This document shows, piece by piece, positions 28,964-38,571 of a DNA stretch of 64,000 nt. The position numbers and the translations under genes are program-made. Below the pieces are notes generated by a model. It was not told the origin of the DNA. It was given only the letters and a program-made list of their open reading frames with translations, and searched no databases. Every line of letters starts with the position of its first letter. Position 1 is the first letter of the stretch. This DNA is from an uncultured Gammaproteobacteria bacterium (GTDB taxonomy: Bacteria; Patescibacteriota; Microgenomatia; Daviesbacterales; UBA10151), in NCBI GenBank assembly GCA_964625535.1, contig CAZVEX010000005.1:3477-67476 (forward strand). The letters run 5' to 3'.

Positions 28964-29688
28964 ATTGCATCCTCCAGTTCCTCCACCACAAAAGGGTGGG
29001 TTTTGACAATCTGGCTACTTAACGGAGGAGGATTATTAATGGCAGGTTTTTCTTGGACAGCAGGCGGCGGGGTAGGAGTGGACACAATCGGTTTAGGAGC
29101 ATTGAGTTTGACCGGTTGCGGCAGCGGAGTAAATTCTTCTCCACTACCGTTGTAAGCATTGTAAAAAAGCTCCAGTAGTTCCTTGCTTTGAAGCTGGGTG
29201 GCTTTTAGGCCAACACGGTTTAACTGTCTGATAACCTGATCGCGCCTTGGCAGAAGCACTGTTTTGACTTTTTGGTATAAGGCTTCTCTGGTAGGGATAA
29301 TCCCCAGCTCCAGCTTGGACAGAGGAATGACCACGTAGAATTTCTTATCCAACACCTCGTTTTCCTTAATGGTGGTTTGGATAAACTGGCGGTACGATGT
29401 CATCATAGCCGAAAGCAGTGGGTTGGTCTGGGCTTTTTGGGCATGATCCAGCAGGTTCAGATATGAGCTGATATTTAGTCTTTCCGACTGGATCACAATC
29501 TGAATGGCAAAGGACAGCGAATTTAACATTTGGGCAAAGCTGGCAATAATCCCTATTTGTTCTCTTTCCGATAACAGGCCAAAATTAACTGCGGAAACCT
29601 GCATTACCAGGGCGCCGCCGCCGTCTTTTAAAAGCAGTATATTGTCTTTAATATCGCTAATTAACAAATGTTCCTGGGTTGTGCTCAT
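28960..29688 (-). CDS. VirB4 N-terminal domain encoded as a separate ORF (split VirB4)
   Basis: 242 aa. 'LLLKDGGGALVMQVSAVNFGLLSEREQIGIIASFAQMLNSL..IQIVIQS' matches the VirB4 N-terminal consensus. 242 + 592 aa equals a full-length VirB4. The stop and downstream start are in different frames. Confidence 0.55.
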   Translation of the reverse strand: MSTTQEHLLISDIKDNILLLKDGGGALVMQVSAVNFGLLSEREQIGIIASFAQMLNSLSFAIQIVIQSERLNISSYLNLLDHAQKAQTNPLLSAMMTSYRQFIQTTIKENEVLDKKFYVVIPLSKLELGIIPTREALYQKVKTVLLPRRDQVIRQLNRVGLKATQLQSKELLELFYNAYNGSGEEFTPLPQPVKLNAPKPIVSTPTPPPAVQEKPAINNPPPLSSQIVKTHPFVVEELEDAI

Positions 29689-30695
29689 GATGAACTCCCT
29701 GCCGCCTTAGCTGTTATTATCAAAGGCGGTAAAACCTGACCGCCCAATTCTACCTGCAAGACATCAAAATTATATCCTTCCTTTTCCAGCTCCAGGGTAT
29801 AAGTGCCGTTGGGCAGTGGAGTTGAACCGCTAAACTGGCCCAGCTTATTGGTTTTTAGCGCGCGGACCGGTAAGCCTTCTTTATCATAAATAACCGTTAC
29901 CACCGCTTCCAGGTAATTCCCGGCAAGATCTTTAATAATGCCGTTTATTACATTGGGAAAGGTGGTCAGGGCAACTTGAGCCTGTTTGGGTTTGACAGGA
30001 ATGACTACTTTGACTTTTTCTATTGGGAGAGGGGGCAGAGGAGGGGGAGGCTTAACTTCATCAAGCCGGCTTCTTATTTGTGAAGCCTGAGACACCAGTT
30101 TTTGCAGTTCGGACATGATCTCACTGACCTGCTGGCTGTAATCAATGGGTACAGGAGAGGGTTTGGTGGCTTCATTCCGGATTTGGTGCAAAGCTCGCTC
30201 CGCCTGGATAATTCTCACCTGCAGCCCTTGGGCCTGTCTGGCCAGATCGACTGTTTTGCCAAGATCCTCGGTTGTGGGAAGAGATGGTAGAGATGGCGGG
30301 GGCGGAGCGGGGGGAGCAGATTCTTTGACCGGCTGGGGTCCCAGACTGGCAACATACATCACATAACGGCTTTTAAAAAGCGGATTTTCCCGAAAACCCT
30401 GACCCATTTTTTTCCAGGACCTTTTTGTGGGAGAATAAATCGTTTTTAAAAAAGTGGCCACCCAGTAATCCAGGGGGCGGGAGGCAAAAGGCAAAAAGGC
30501 AAAGGCCAAACCCAACAGGCTGGAGATGATAATCAGCGGCCAGGCTACTAAGGGGTAATCCTTGGCCACAGTCACAAATATAAGATAGGCAAACCCCGCG
30601 CCCCCGGCCAAATACAAAAACTGTTTTAGGGTCATATCCCCTACCAGGTGGAATTGAAAAGAGGTGACATTTTGCGGAATAGGATGCGGCTCCAT
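29685..30695 (-). CDS. VirB3-like two-TM protein with Pro-rich linker, coiled coil and C-terminal Ig-like/CarboxypepD_reg-like beta-sandwich domain
   Basis: 336 aa. Two N-terminal TM helices directly upstream of VirB4 (conserved VirB3 position), 'APPAPPPPSLPSLP' linker, C-terminal 'NGTYTLELEKEGY'-type beta-sandwich. Confidence 0.4.
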   Translation of the reverse strand: MEPHPIPQNVTSFQFHLVGDMTLKQFLYLAGGAGFAYLIFVTVAKDYPLVAWPLIIISSLLGLAFAFLPFASRPLDYWVATFLKTIYSPTKRSWKKMGQGFRENPLFKSRYVMYVASLGPQPVKESAPPAPPPPSLPSLPTTEDLGKTVDLARQAQGLQVRIIQAERALHQIRNEATKPSPVPIDYSQQVSEIMSELQKLVSQASQIRSRLDEVKPPPPLPPLPIEKVKVVIPVKPKQAQVALTTFPNVINGIIKDLAGNYLEAVVTVIYDKEGLPVRALKTNKLGQFSGSTPLPNGTYTLELEKEGYNFDVLQVELGGQVLPPLIITAKAAGSSS

Positions 30696-30993
30696 AGCTG
30701 AACTTCTTTATACCTCGTGAAAATACTATAGTCTAGGGGTACAAAATAGGTCAAAAAATGGCAATTTCAACCATTATATGAGTAACTACAATGTACTGAT
30801 ACAATATTTAGTGGGTTGACATCATCAGTTTTCCTGATATCCTGAAAGTGTGGTGTTTCACTCCGATGGTATATCGGAGAAGGAACAAAAAGGGAACTCT
30901 GTGTAAGTCAGAGACTGTGCCGCAACGGTGATTCCAGAGATACTGGATTAGTCCGGAGACCGACCACATTTTAGATCCCGTAGCAGGAGCAAT
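30696..30993. promoter_or_regulatory. Divergent promoter / long leader region between VirB3-like gene and 465-aa gene
   Basis: 298-nt non-coding gap. TTGACA at 30808-30813. Stable hairpin 'ctccgat-ggtat-atcggag' at 30861-30879. Confidence 0.3.
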
Positions 30994-32391
30994 ATGCTAG
31001 TAGAAGCGCCTCAATTTTCAACCACCCCAAAAGATTTAGCCGGTGGTCATTATGACCCTAACTTTCATTGGGAAGATACAATAGTCATTGCCAGACCAAT
31101 TGAGCGAATTTTACCCCCTCCAGAGGTTCAGGAACCGCAGTATCAACCAGTAGAGCTAGCAACCGGCTTGGTTATCAATCACCAGTTAAGAAAAGCCAAG
31201 TGGGATTCAGCCAAGGAAATAAAACGTTTTATATACGATATCAACGCAGGTTTAGAAAACGGGAATAATTTATCTGAAGCAGTCAACGCATCAGCAGGCG
31301 AGATTGTCAACAACATTGTGGCTTATTATAATGAGATTACCAGACAAAAACCCTTTTTAGTGCATACCAACAGATTTGATGAGTATAAAGGGCAAAGAAG
31401 GCTGGTGGGTAATAATGGTAGACCGGTGGTTGATGCCATCACAGCCGAGGAAAGAAAAGGCGCTGTTTTACAAGCCTCCCAAAAAATCGAAGCTGATTTA
31501 CTTGATGCTCCTAATAACTCCTTTATGGTCTTGATGAGTCCCGCCGGTTTAAATGGTTTTGTAGGTGAACATGGTCAAAGGTTGTCTCACTTAAATACCG
31601 AAGTAATGATTTTTTGGAAAAATCAAAACGGTTTGTTAAAAGGAGGTACGCTGGTTTTGGATTTAATGTACCAGCAAGCAGAAATGGTGATGGCGGATTT
31701 GGGAGTGACAAAAAAGCTCAGCGATGCAGATGAACTGGAAAGACTTGCCAATATTGTCAGAAACCCGATCTTATTTGCCTTTCCCCGCTCGGATATGACT
31801 CCTTTTGAGTATGTTTTAGATAAAATACTTGCGAGAAGAGGTAGCAGCGATTTCAGATTGCGTCAGCAAGACGGTAGCATAGAAACACGATCCATAGCAG
31901 AGGTCAGAGCCGATATCAGAGGATTTGATAAGATTTTGGAATTAACCGACGAGGAAGAAAAATGTCTTGCTGGATTCAGGCAGTTTATTTTGGATAATCA
32001 GGAAAGAGTTAACGAAAAAGGTGTTCAGCAGGCAATTATTAACAGGATGGGAAAAGCAGTCCTGATTATGGCAAGAATATATCTAGAAAGTAAAAATCCT
32101 GACCGAATGATCGCTTTTCATTCCCCCCAGCCTTCCGCATCTTATCACGAGGATAATTTTGATAGAGAAATTGCTTATCTTTTGACCAGAGCAGGTTGTC
32201 CGCCAGGGGGATCTTCAGGGTTGAGGGTTTTGAGTGGAATAAGTTTAGGTTCAGGTTTTTCCGGTTTCGGAGGAGGGGGAAAGAGTGAATGGTTTTGTAT
32301 TCGCTGTGGAGCTTGCGGAGCCTTGATTAATTGTGTGGTCAGGCCGGGAGAAAAATGCCCGGTTTGTCCGGCTGTTAGGCAATGCTCGTAA
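30994..32391 (+). CDS. Hypothetical protein with C-terminal Gly-rich segment and Cys-rich zinc-ribbon
   Basis: 465 aa. C-terminus 'CIRCGACGALINCVVRPGEKCPVCPAVRQC'. No recognisable catalytic domain. Immediately upstream of the 1400-aa gene. Confidence 0.4.
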   Translation: MLVEAPQFSTTPKDLAGGHYDPNFHWEDTIVIARPIERILPPPEVQEPQYQPVELATGLVINHQLRKAKWDSAKEIKRFIYDINAGLENGNNLSEAVNASAGEIVNNIVAYYNEITRQKPFLVHTNRFDEYKGQRRLVGNNGRPVVDAITAEERKGAVLQASQKIEADLLDAPNNSFMVLMSPAGLNGFVGEHGQRLSHLNTEVMIFWKNQNGLLKGGTLVLDLMYQQAEMVMADLGVTKKLSDADELERLANIVRNPILFAFPRSDMTPFEYVLDKILARRGSSDFRLRQQDGSIETRSIAEVRADIRGFDKILELTDEEEKCLAGFRQFILDNQERVNEKGVQQAIINRMGKAVLIMARIYLESKNPDRMIAFHSPQPSASYHEDNFDREIAYLLTRAGCPPGGSSGLRVLSGISLGSGFSGFGGGGKSEWFCIRCGACGALINCVVRPGEKCPVCPAVRQCS

Positions 32392-32460
32392 AATCAACCT
32401 CATTTCCGTCAGGATTTTGTAAGGAATAAATCAAGCACTTCGCTTGCGCTCAGTGTAAAC

Positions 32461-35400
32461 TTGTCGCAGAAATTGACAATTAGTTCACAAAAACCATACA
32501 CTAAAATGAGTAAAGAAATAATTATGGCAGAAACAGCAGAAGCGCCGGTTCAAGCTCCCGAAGGGGAGACATTCTCACCCGCAGATGCGCCGGATACGGC
32601 TGCCGGAGTTGAAAGATTTTTAAACCGAACCCCCCGTGATTTATCTGCCCTCGGGGATGTCCCTCCCGAAGATGCAGAAACTCAACCATCTGCGGATGGG
32701 GGTGGAACAGCAGCGGTAGGAGAAGGAGGAAGAGGTAGGGGTTCTGACGGCCCCGGCGGTAGAGGCCCGGAAGAACCACTTGAACCCCCAGAAGGATTCA
32801 GAAGATTTGATTGGGAGGGGCATTTAGAAGTACTGTGGAGTCCGGAGTTTAGAGCTGAAATGTGGGATACTGTAGAACAACTTAGCATAATTGAGGCTTG
32901 GCCGACGGAGCTAAAATATGATGGTGGTGAAACTGAGCGATATTCCAACGACCTTTTTAAATATTGGAAATATCTGGAATCTTTGGATAACAAAAGATCA
33001 TATGAAAGCAAACCATTTACCCCGGCAGATTTTGAGCCGATAAAGATTACTCCTGAAGTGCTGGAACAACCAGAAGACAAACTAACCGATTTACAACCAT
33101 TTAAAGTTGTGTTTGAACGTTATCAGAGTTCGCGTAATTCTGAAGGTGAAGTAAGCAGATATTTTAATGAGATGAGGAGAATGGGGCTTGTAAACGGCGT
33201 AGATGATTCTTTGAAAAGCATTTATGCCCAAATAATGCAGGGTATGGAAATGGTGACGGAGGAAGATGGTAGAGGAGCAAGGAGAAGAATGGATAAGGAT
33301 GAGATTATGGACAGGGTAGAAAAAGCCCGGGCAGCCATGGTTAGATCAGCAGAAAGAGCTCTGAAAACATTGAAGCGATCTGATTCAACGAAAGTAGATT
33401 TAGTAAAAATAGGCAAATTAGAAGGGGGATTGGAAGCCTATATTGAGCTGGGAGTTGGCAGATTTGACCTGTTGTTGACAGGTGGAGGATTGATGCAACC
33501 TCCGGGTATCGAAGGTGAATTCGACTTCAATATAGGGGATGTTGGGTCGGAAAGTGCTGTAGCCTTTAGAAGGTTGGCTGCTGAAGGAGAAATCTTCTGG
33601 CGTCCGACCTGGGCCAATTATTTTGAAGTATCTGCCAGAACTCCGCAGCAATTCCAGAGAGCAATAGAAACTTTTATCCGGTGGATGAGAACAGGTCTTG
33701 GAAAAGATCCTGAGGATCTTTTCCAAAAAGTAAACGGATTTAAAGAGGCTTTAACTGCTGCCGGTCAAAGAGCAGGCCCTGAAGCACAAGAATATACAGT
33801 AGGGTTAAGGTTGCTGCTGGAGATTTTAATGGGGGTAATAGGCGCTGATTTTTCCAATGAACAATATAAGGCTGCCAACTTCAAGGCTTTTTGGCAGTTT
33901 GCAGCAAAAAACGAAGGTCCTGACAGAATGCTTCAGCTGGCCAAAGCATTCAGAGGCATATTACCTGTAGTTTTACATAAATTTGATAAAGATATCACTA
34001 ATGAACTATTGTTTTCTCCTCATGGCTCAAGAGGGCAGTTAATGGGTAGAGAACGCAATGCTATCGAAATGGATGATCTGCAAAAGCAAAAATTGGCAAT
34101 ATTAACAGCACAGATAATGGGTATTGCTATGAAAGGTTATCATCCTGATGATGCTGAACAAATTCTGGATAGTAATATGTATAAGAGAAATTTGGCTGAA
34201 ATAACCAAGTTTAAATCAGATGAGTATTTTGAAAACTTGTATGAGGGGTTTGATCCGGCCGAGCAGGAAGCACTTCTTAGACAATTGGAAGCACACCCCC
34301 TCATACGAAATATTAAGTTTGCAAAGCTGGTTAATGAACAGGCTTTTATCGGGCCACTAACACCAGAACAAACACAATTTTATAAGGATTGGAAATCAGG
34401 CGATCTGATTAAATCTATCCAGGAAAAAGAACAAAACATCAAGTTCGCCAGATGGGTCCAAGCACAGATTGATAAAGGTGAGCAGCCTGAATTAAGCGGA
34501 AAAAGGCTACAAATTTATAATGACTGGAAAGAGAATGCATTGCCCCGTCCCCCAATTGCCTTATCACAGCTGCAAGCCTGGGAAAGACTGGATAGAGCCA
34601 GCAGGATTCAACAGTATCTGGCAGCAGGCAATGACCCCGATAAATTAACCGGAGAAGACAAAATCATGTATGAGGAGGCCAAAAATGTTGTTACTTTGGC
34701 TTATGAGCTGTATGGAGCAATGGGTGAAAAAGCCAAAAGGGGTGGAGGTGTTTTCCTGGTAGAGAGAAGCAAACCAGATGGTACTGTCATGAGAGATTTG
34801 CAGGGCCAGCCAGTGGTTGATTATATCCCGGTTCATTGGGCGGAAAAATTTGTCCATTTTGCCGAAAATTGGACCAAAGCTACTTATGGCGACCTGCCTG
34901 CAGCCGAATTGAAATATAGGGTAGACCAAGCTAGGAGAATGGCTACCTGGGCTTTAAAAACCTATGGATATGATGCAAAGCTATGGGATTTTACCCTACT
35001 CAGGAATGGTAAGCCTGTAGATCCTAATACTTTGGGTTATAGCAAATATGGTCAAGATCTTAGTAAAAGTGAAAGCGACCCAGTAGAAAGGATAGAAAGG
35101 TTTAGATATGCGCCTCCTGAAAACCCAAGAATTTTGGGTTATAACTCTAAAGGCGAGGAAGTAATCTTAGTTTTTGATGATGATGGTAGGCCTGTTGGTT
35201 TGGAGTTTGATCGAGATAACAAAGCTGTTATTTATGATAAGTTTTTTGTCAAAATAGATGAAAGAGGGAGACCTGTAGATCAAGAGGGCAATCCCGTCGC
35301 GCCTACCCAAACTAATCGTATTATTTTTGATAATTTTGATAAAGCAGAGCCAATGCTACTTAAAATACCCAGAGGGACTATAGATCCTAAGACCGGCAAA

Positions 35401-36663
35401 ATGATAGTACAGGGTGAGCCGGAGAAGGTGCATATAGGTTTTGATGCGATCACTCACCGCTTTCCCTCTCATCCTTATTCCCGCTGGACAGGTCATCCTT
35501 ATTGGGGTTATCAGGAAGAAGATACAGGATTGGTTTTAAGCCCCGAATCTTTTGATGCTGCCAGAAGAATCAAAAACGGCCAGTTGCGACCGGAAGATGC
35601 ACCGCCTCATGCAGTCCAGCTTTTAATAGTTGATCCAACTCTGGAACGCGTTGGCCATTTTGATTTAGAAAGCTTAGAAGCTGTGGTTGGCCTGGCTGCT
35701 GTAGAGGAGTCATATCAAGCTCACTGGAGAATTGGGGACGAGCTGTATATGAATTTTTTCCCTGAAGACGCTTCCCGTGTTAAAAACCGCACTGCTTATA
35801 TCTTGCAGGATCATGGCGGTTCTACTAAGCAGTGGTTTCACATTAGAGCCGAAGCTGCCCTGTGGCCTGATTCTAGAGTGAGAAGACTTAGGATTTTTAC
35901 TCCCTTTATACCTTTACCCTTTGCTTCCATGTCTGAAATGTGGGGGGCACCGGGAGGAGCGCTGGATGTTTTCAGAATGATGGGATATGAAAAGTACAAG
36001 ATGGTTGGACAGTTTGCCATGGATAAGTGGGTTAATCAAATAGATGGAGCCCAGGATGTGTACGAGAGTATAGCTGACTGGTATAGCCCACAGGAGAAGA
36101 GACTTAAAGAAGGGTTGGGTAGAAAACTTAACAATGAAGCTGATGTAAACCTAAAGAAGCATTATCAGCAGGTTGTGATAACTGGAGAACTTCAACCTGG
36201 ACCATCAACCCGTGAAGATATATATGAGCAGTATCTTGTTAGTTCCAGAGATTCATTAAATAGAGAGGAAGTTCTCCAGCAAAGAAACACGGTTCTAGGA
36301 TCTTTTATGAGGGGAGAACGTGCTCCTTTATGGCTGGAAGGTATAGATACTTTTCTAAAGGAGGACTTGGTGGACAAGAAGACCGGTAAAATTACCAAGA
36401 AGGGTGATTTTAATCCTAAAATTGATGAGATGAGAGATTCAGGTTCATCAAGACACACAAACAGGATATTTCACTATAGGTATGCCAGATTTATAAGGTC
36501 TCCAGCGGGACAAGCTTTATACCCTGATACGGCCAGGTATTATGCATTATTGGATAATCCTCTAGCTGATTATCCAAGGTTGGTTGAGGAATTTGCGGGA
36601 ACAGGGAAGAGCCCGGCACAAGTAACTGGATGGGATTGGTTAGACAGTAAAATGAATAATTAG
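32461..36663 (+). CDS. Giant hypothetical protein (1400 aa), Gly/Arg-rich disordered N-terminus, Trp/Tyr-rich, no TM helix or signal peptide
   Basis: Uninterrupted 4.2-kb ORF embedded antisense in the T4SS-like locus. N-terminal 'GGGTAAVGEGGRGRGSDGPGGRGPEEP'. No known catalytic motif recognised. Confidence 0.5.
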   Translation: MSQKLTISSQKPYTKMSKEIIMAETAEAPVQAPEGETFSPADAPDTAAGVERFLNRTPRDLSALGDVPPEDAETQPSADGGGTAAVGEGGRGRGSDGPGGRGPEEPLEPPEGFRRFDWEGHLEVLWSPEFRAEMWDTVEQLSIIEAWPTELKYDGGETERYSNDLFKYWKYLESLDNKRSYESKPFTPADFEPIKITPEVLEQPEDKLTDLQPFKVVFERYQSSRNSEGEVSRYFNEMRRMGLVNGVDDSLKSIYAQIMQGMEMVTEEDGRGARRRMDKDEIMDRVEKARAAMVRSAERALKTLKRSDSTKVDLVKIGKLEGGLEAYIELGVGRFDLLLTGGGLMQPPGIEGEFDFNIGDVGSESAVAFRRLAAEGEIFWRPTWANYFEVSARTPQQFQRAIETFIRWMRTGLGKDPEDLFQKVNGFKEALTAAGQRAGPEAQEYTVGLRLLLEILMGVIGADFSNEQYKAANFKAFWQFAAKNEGPDRMLQLAKAFRGILPVVLHKFDKDITNELLFSPHGSRGQLMGRERNAIEMDDLQKQKLAILTAQIMGIAMKGYHPDDAEQILDSNMYKRNLAEITKFKSDEYFENLYEGFDPAEQEALLRQLEAHPLIRNIKFAKLVNEQAFIGPLTPEQTQFYKDWKSGDLIKSIQEKEQNIKFARWVQAQIDKGEQPELSGKRLQIYNDWKENALPRPPIALSQLQAWERLDRASRIQQYLAAGNDPDKLTGEDKIMYEEAKNVVTLAYELYGAMGEKAKRGGGVFLVERSKPDGTVMRDLQGQPVVDYIPVHWAEKFVHFAENWTKATYGDLPAAELKYRVDQARRMATWALKTYGYDAKLWDFTLLRNGKPVDPNTLGYSKYGQDLSKSESDPVERIERFRYAPPENPRILGYNSKGEEVILVFDDDGRPVGLEFDRDNKAVIYDKFFVKIDERGRPVDQEGNPVAPTQTNRIIFDNFDKAEPMLLKIPRGTIDPKTGKMIVQGEPEKVHIGFDAITHRFPSHPYSRWTGHPYWGYQEEDTGLVLSPESFDAARRIKNGQLRPEDAPPHAVQLLIVDPTLERVGHFDLESLEAVVGLAAVEESYQAHWRIGDELYMNFFPEDASRVKNRTAYILQDHGGSTKQWFHIRAEAALWPDSRVRRLRIFTPFIPLPFASMSEMWGAPGGALDVFRMMGYEKYKMVGQFAMDKWVNQIDGAQDVYESIADWYSPQEKRLKEGLGRKLNNEADVNLKKHYQQVVITGELQPGPSTREDIYEQYLVSSRDSLNREEVLQQRNTVLGSFMRGERAPLWLEGIDTFLKEDLVDKKTGKITKKGDFNPKIDEMRDSGSSRHTNRIFHYRYARFIRSPAGQALYPDTARYYALLDNPLADYPRLVEEFAGTGKSPAQVTGWDWLDSKMNN

Positions 36664-36677
36664 AAGCGCGCCGAAAT

Positions 36678-38522
36678 TTATCCTCCCTGTTTATACGGCT
36701 TAATTTTTCCGCTGCTAGCATCCGAATAAATTTTGAATTTCTCTCTTATACTAGGTTGGTATTGAAGTGGGTTATATGTCCAGCCTGTTGGTTGGCCTGT
36801 TTTCGGATCAAACCCCGTTGGCATGTATGCAGGTGTTCCAAATAACCCTCTGGCTCTGGCAAGATTGCCGCTGGCAGCGCCAACTCCCTGCTGGGCCTGT
36901 TGGCCGTATCCTCTGCCGGCGGCAATCCCCCCTGAAATTTCCTGGCCGATCAGTTGTCCAGCTACTCCCACTCTGCCAATAGTTCTGGCAAGAATATCTG
37001 GAATAGCTGGGGTGGCAACTAATGCTCCAAAAGCCAGGAGCAGCTTGATGAAATCCAATCCCATTCCGCCAAAAAGAGGAAAGGTAAAAGTTCCTGTAAT
37101 CTCGACAGGGCCTTGAGCCCCCACTGTAGAAACTAAACCATTACTGACCGTAGCTCCACCTGAATCAGATACTTTAAATGGACCATACGGACCATTTGCA
37201 GAACCCAGCATAAAAGCCACAAAATAAAATACAGCTATCACAGCGGGGAATGCCAAAATATTAGCCAGCATATTTAATATCCAGCTGGTGGCAATCCCCT
37301 GTCTGCCTGGAAGGGCTGCTGCCAAAAATTGAAACGGGGCAGTGATTGTTAAAAATATGATGGTTAAATAAACGTTGATCAAGCGCATTAACAGTTTAAA
37401 CATGGCGTATAACAATATGGCTGTAACAACCAAAGCAAAAAGCGCACCTACTATTGCTGTGGGTCCTATAGGTCCTGTAGCTGTATTAAGAACGGCTAAG
37501 CCTTGTAGGGCTGCAATTATACCTTCACCAAATTTAGGTATAAGTTTGAGCCACTCAAAAGCCTGACCGGTTATTTGTGCACTAACTAAGGCTGCCAGTG
37601 TTACCAAAAGGCGCTGTGCATCATTATGAATATCATCCCAGAAAGAATTTAATACCTCAGTTACCTTTTCTTTATTAGCTACTGTGGCAAATTTACTAAA
37701 GATACTGATAAGATTTGGTTTGCGACCGGTGTTAGGATCCGGGGAATCTAAATCCTGAACTAAGTTTTGAGGGGTACCTCTGACAGTAGAAAAATAAGCC
37801 CCAACTATATTAGTACCAATAAAGGCTGTATCAGAAATTAAAGAGGCCAAGAAATAGGAAAAAGTGATTAAGATCAGGCCAATTACCAGGCCGGGTAAAG
37901 CGGCCTGGGCAGTAATGACTGTTTGGGGGTTGATTCTGTTTCTAAACATTACCATGAGTCCTATCACCACAAAAATAATGATCATAAATACATAAGAGAT
38001 ATTTCTGGATACCTGCCACAAAGTTAAAATCGGGTTTAACACCTGGGCTCCTGACCCGATCACCTGAGCTTTAGCCTCTTTGATAATTCCCAACCCCTGT
38101 CCCACCGATGCCAAATAATCAACCGTCCTAACAGGCGGGTTGGCATATAAAACGCCGATCAAAGAAGTGGTGGCTCCCAGTGCCCCTCCTCCCAGATTAA
38201 CCCGGGATAAAACCGGCACCGACTGTATGGCCCCTTGGGCATCTTTGGTAACCTGATAACTTAAACAGGGCTGGCCAATCACCGATGAACCAACAGACAG
38301 ACAGGAGAATGTATGGAATAAATTATGGACCAAAAGATCGGTGTAAATGGGGGAAGTAGGAGAAACGGTAGTTGGTAGGTTGTAGGTGGAGGCTTGCCCT
38401 GACGAAGGAAGGGTTTGGGCAAAAGCGGTAGGTACAAGCAGTAAGAATAAGGCAGTAAGAATAAAGCTTAAAAAAATCTTAATTCTGAATTCTAAATTCT
38501 GAATTCTAAAGTCTAAAGTCAT
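36678..38522 (-). CDS. VirB6/TrbL-like polytopic membrane protein with N-terminal signal peptide, periplasmic domain and Gly/Gln-rich C-terminal tail
   Basis: 614 aa, signal peptide, ~170-aa exported domain, at least 6 TM helices, C-terminal 'GQEISGGIAAGRGYGQQAQQGVGAASGN' tail as in TrbL. Follows the pilin array. Confidence 0.6.
   Translation of the reverse strand: MTLDFRIQNLEFRIKIFLSFILTALFLLLVPTAFAQTLPSSGQASTYNLPTTVSPTSPIYTDLLVHNLFHTFSCLSVGSSVIGQPCLSYQVTKDAQGAIQSVPVLSRVNLGGGALGATTSLIGVLYANPPVRTVDYLASVGQGLGIIKEAKAQVIGSGAQVLNPILTLWQVSRNISYVFMIIIFVVIGLMVMFRNRINPQTVITAQAALPGLVIGLILITFSYFLASLISDTAFIGTNIVGAYFSTVRGTPQNLVQDLDSPDPNTGRKPNLISIFSKFATVANKEKVTEVLNSFWDDIHNDAQRLLVTLAALVSAQITGQAFEWLKLIPKFGEGIIAALQGLAVLNTATGPIGPTAIVGALFALVVTAILLYAMFKLLMRLINVYLTIIFLTITAPFQFLAAALPGRQGIATSWILNMLANILAFPAVIAVFYFVAFMLGSANGPYGPFKVSDSGGATVSNGLVSTVGAQGPVEITGTFTFPLFGGMGLDFIKLLLAFGALVATPAIPDILARTIGRVGVAGQLIGQEISGGIAAGRGYGQQAQQGVGAASGNLARARGLFGTPAYMPTGFDPKTGQPTGWTYNPLQYQPSIREKFKIYSDASSGKIKPYKQGG
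38480..38520. repeat. Tandem heptamer repeat (GAATTCT/AAATTCT/AAAGTCT x~6) at the 5' end of the VirB6-like gene
   Basis: 'taattctgaattctaaattctgaattctaaagtctaaagtc' encodes N-terminal 'MTLDFRIQNLEFRI'. Same AGAATTC family as tsaD 7855-7877. Confidence 0.8.
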
Positions 38523-38571
38523 ATTTTAACACTAAAACAATTTTTTCTTATTTGCAACACTTCGACTAGCC

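Noticed and set aside
32522-33080. Minus-strand ORFs (85-132 aa) inside the 5' part of the 1400-aa gene
   Set aside because: They are antisense to a continuous 4.2-kb ORF. Their translations are low-complexity (S/G/P-rich), mirroring the Gly/Arg-rich sense region.
36678-38522. Alternative call of the 614-aa polytopic protein as a generic transporter
   Set aside because: The signal peptide plus large N-terminal periplasmic domain, TM cluster and Gly/Gln-rich tail, together with the position after pilins and near VirB4, fit VirB6/TrbL better. The call is still kept at moderate confidence.
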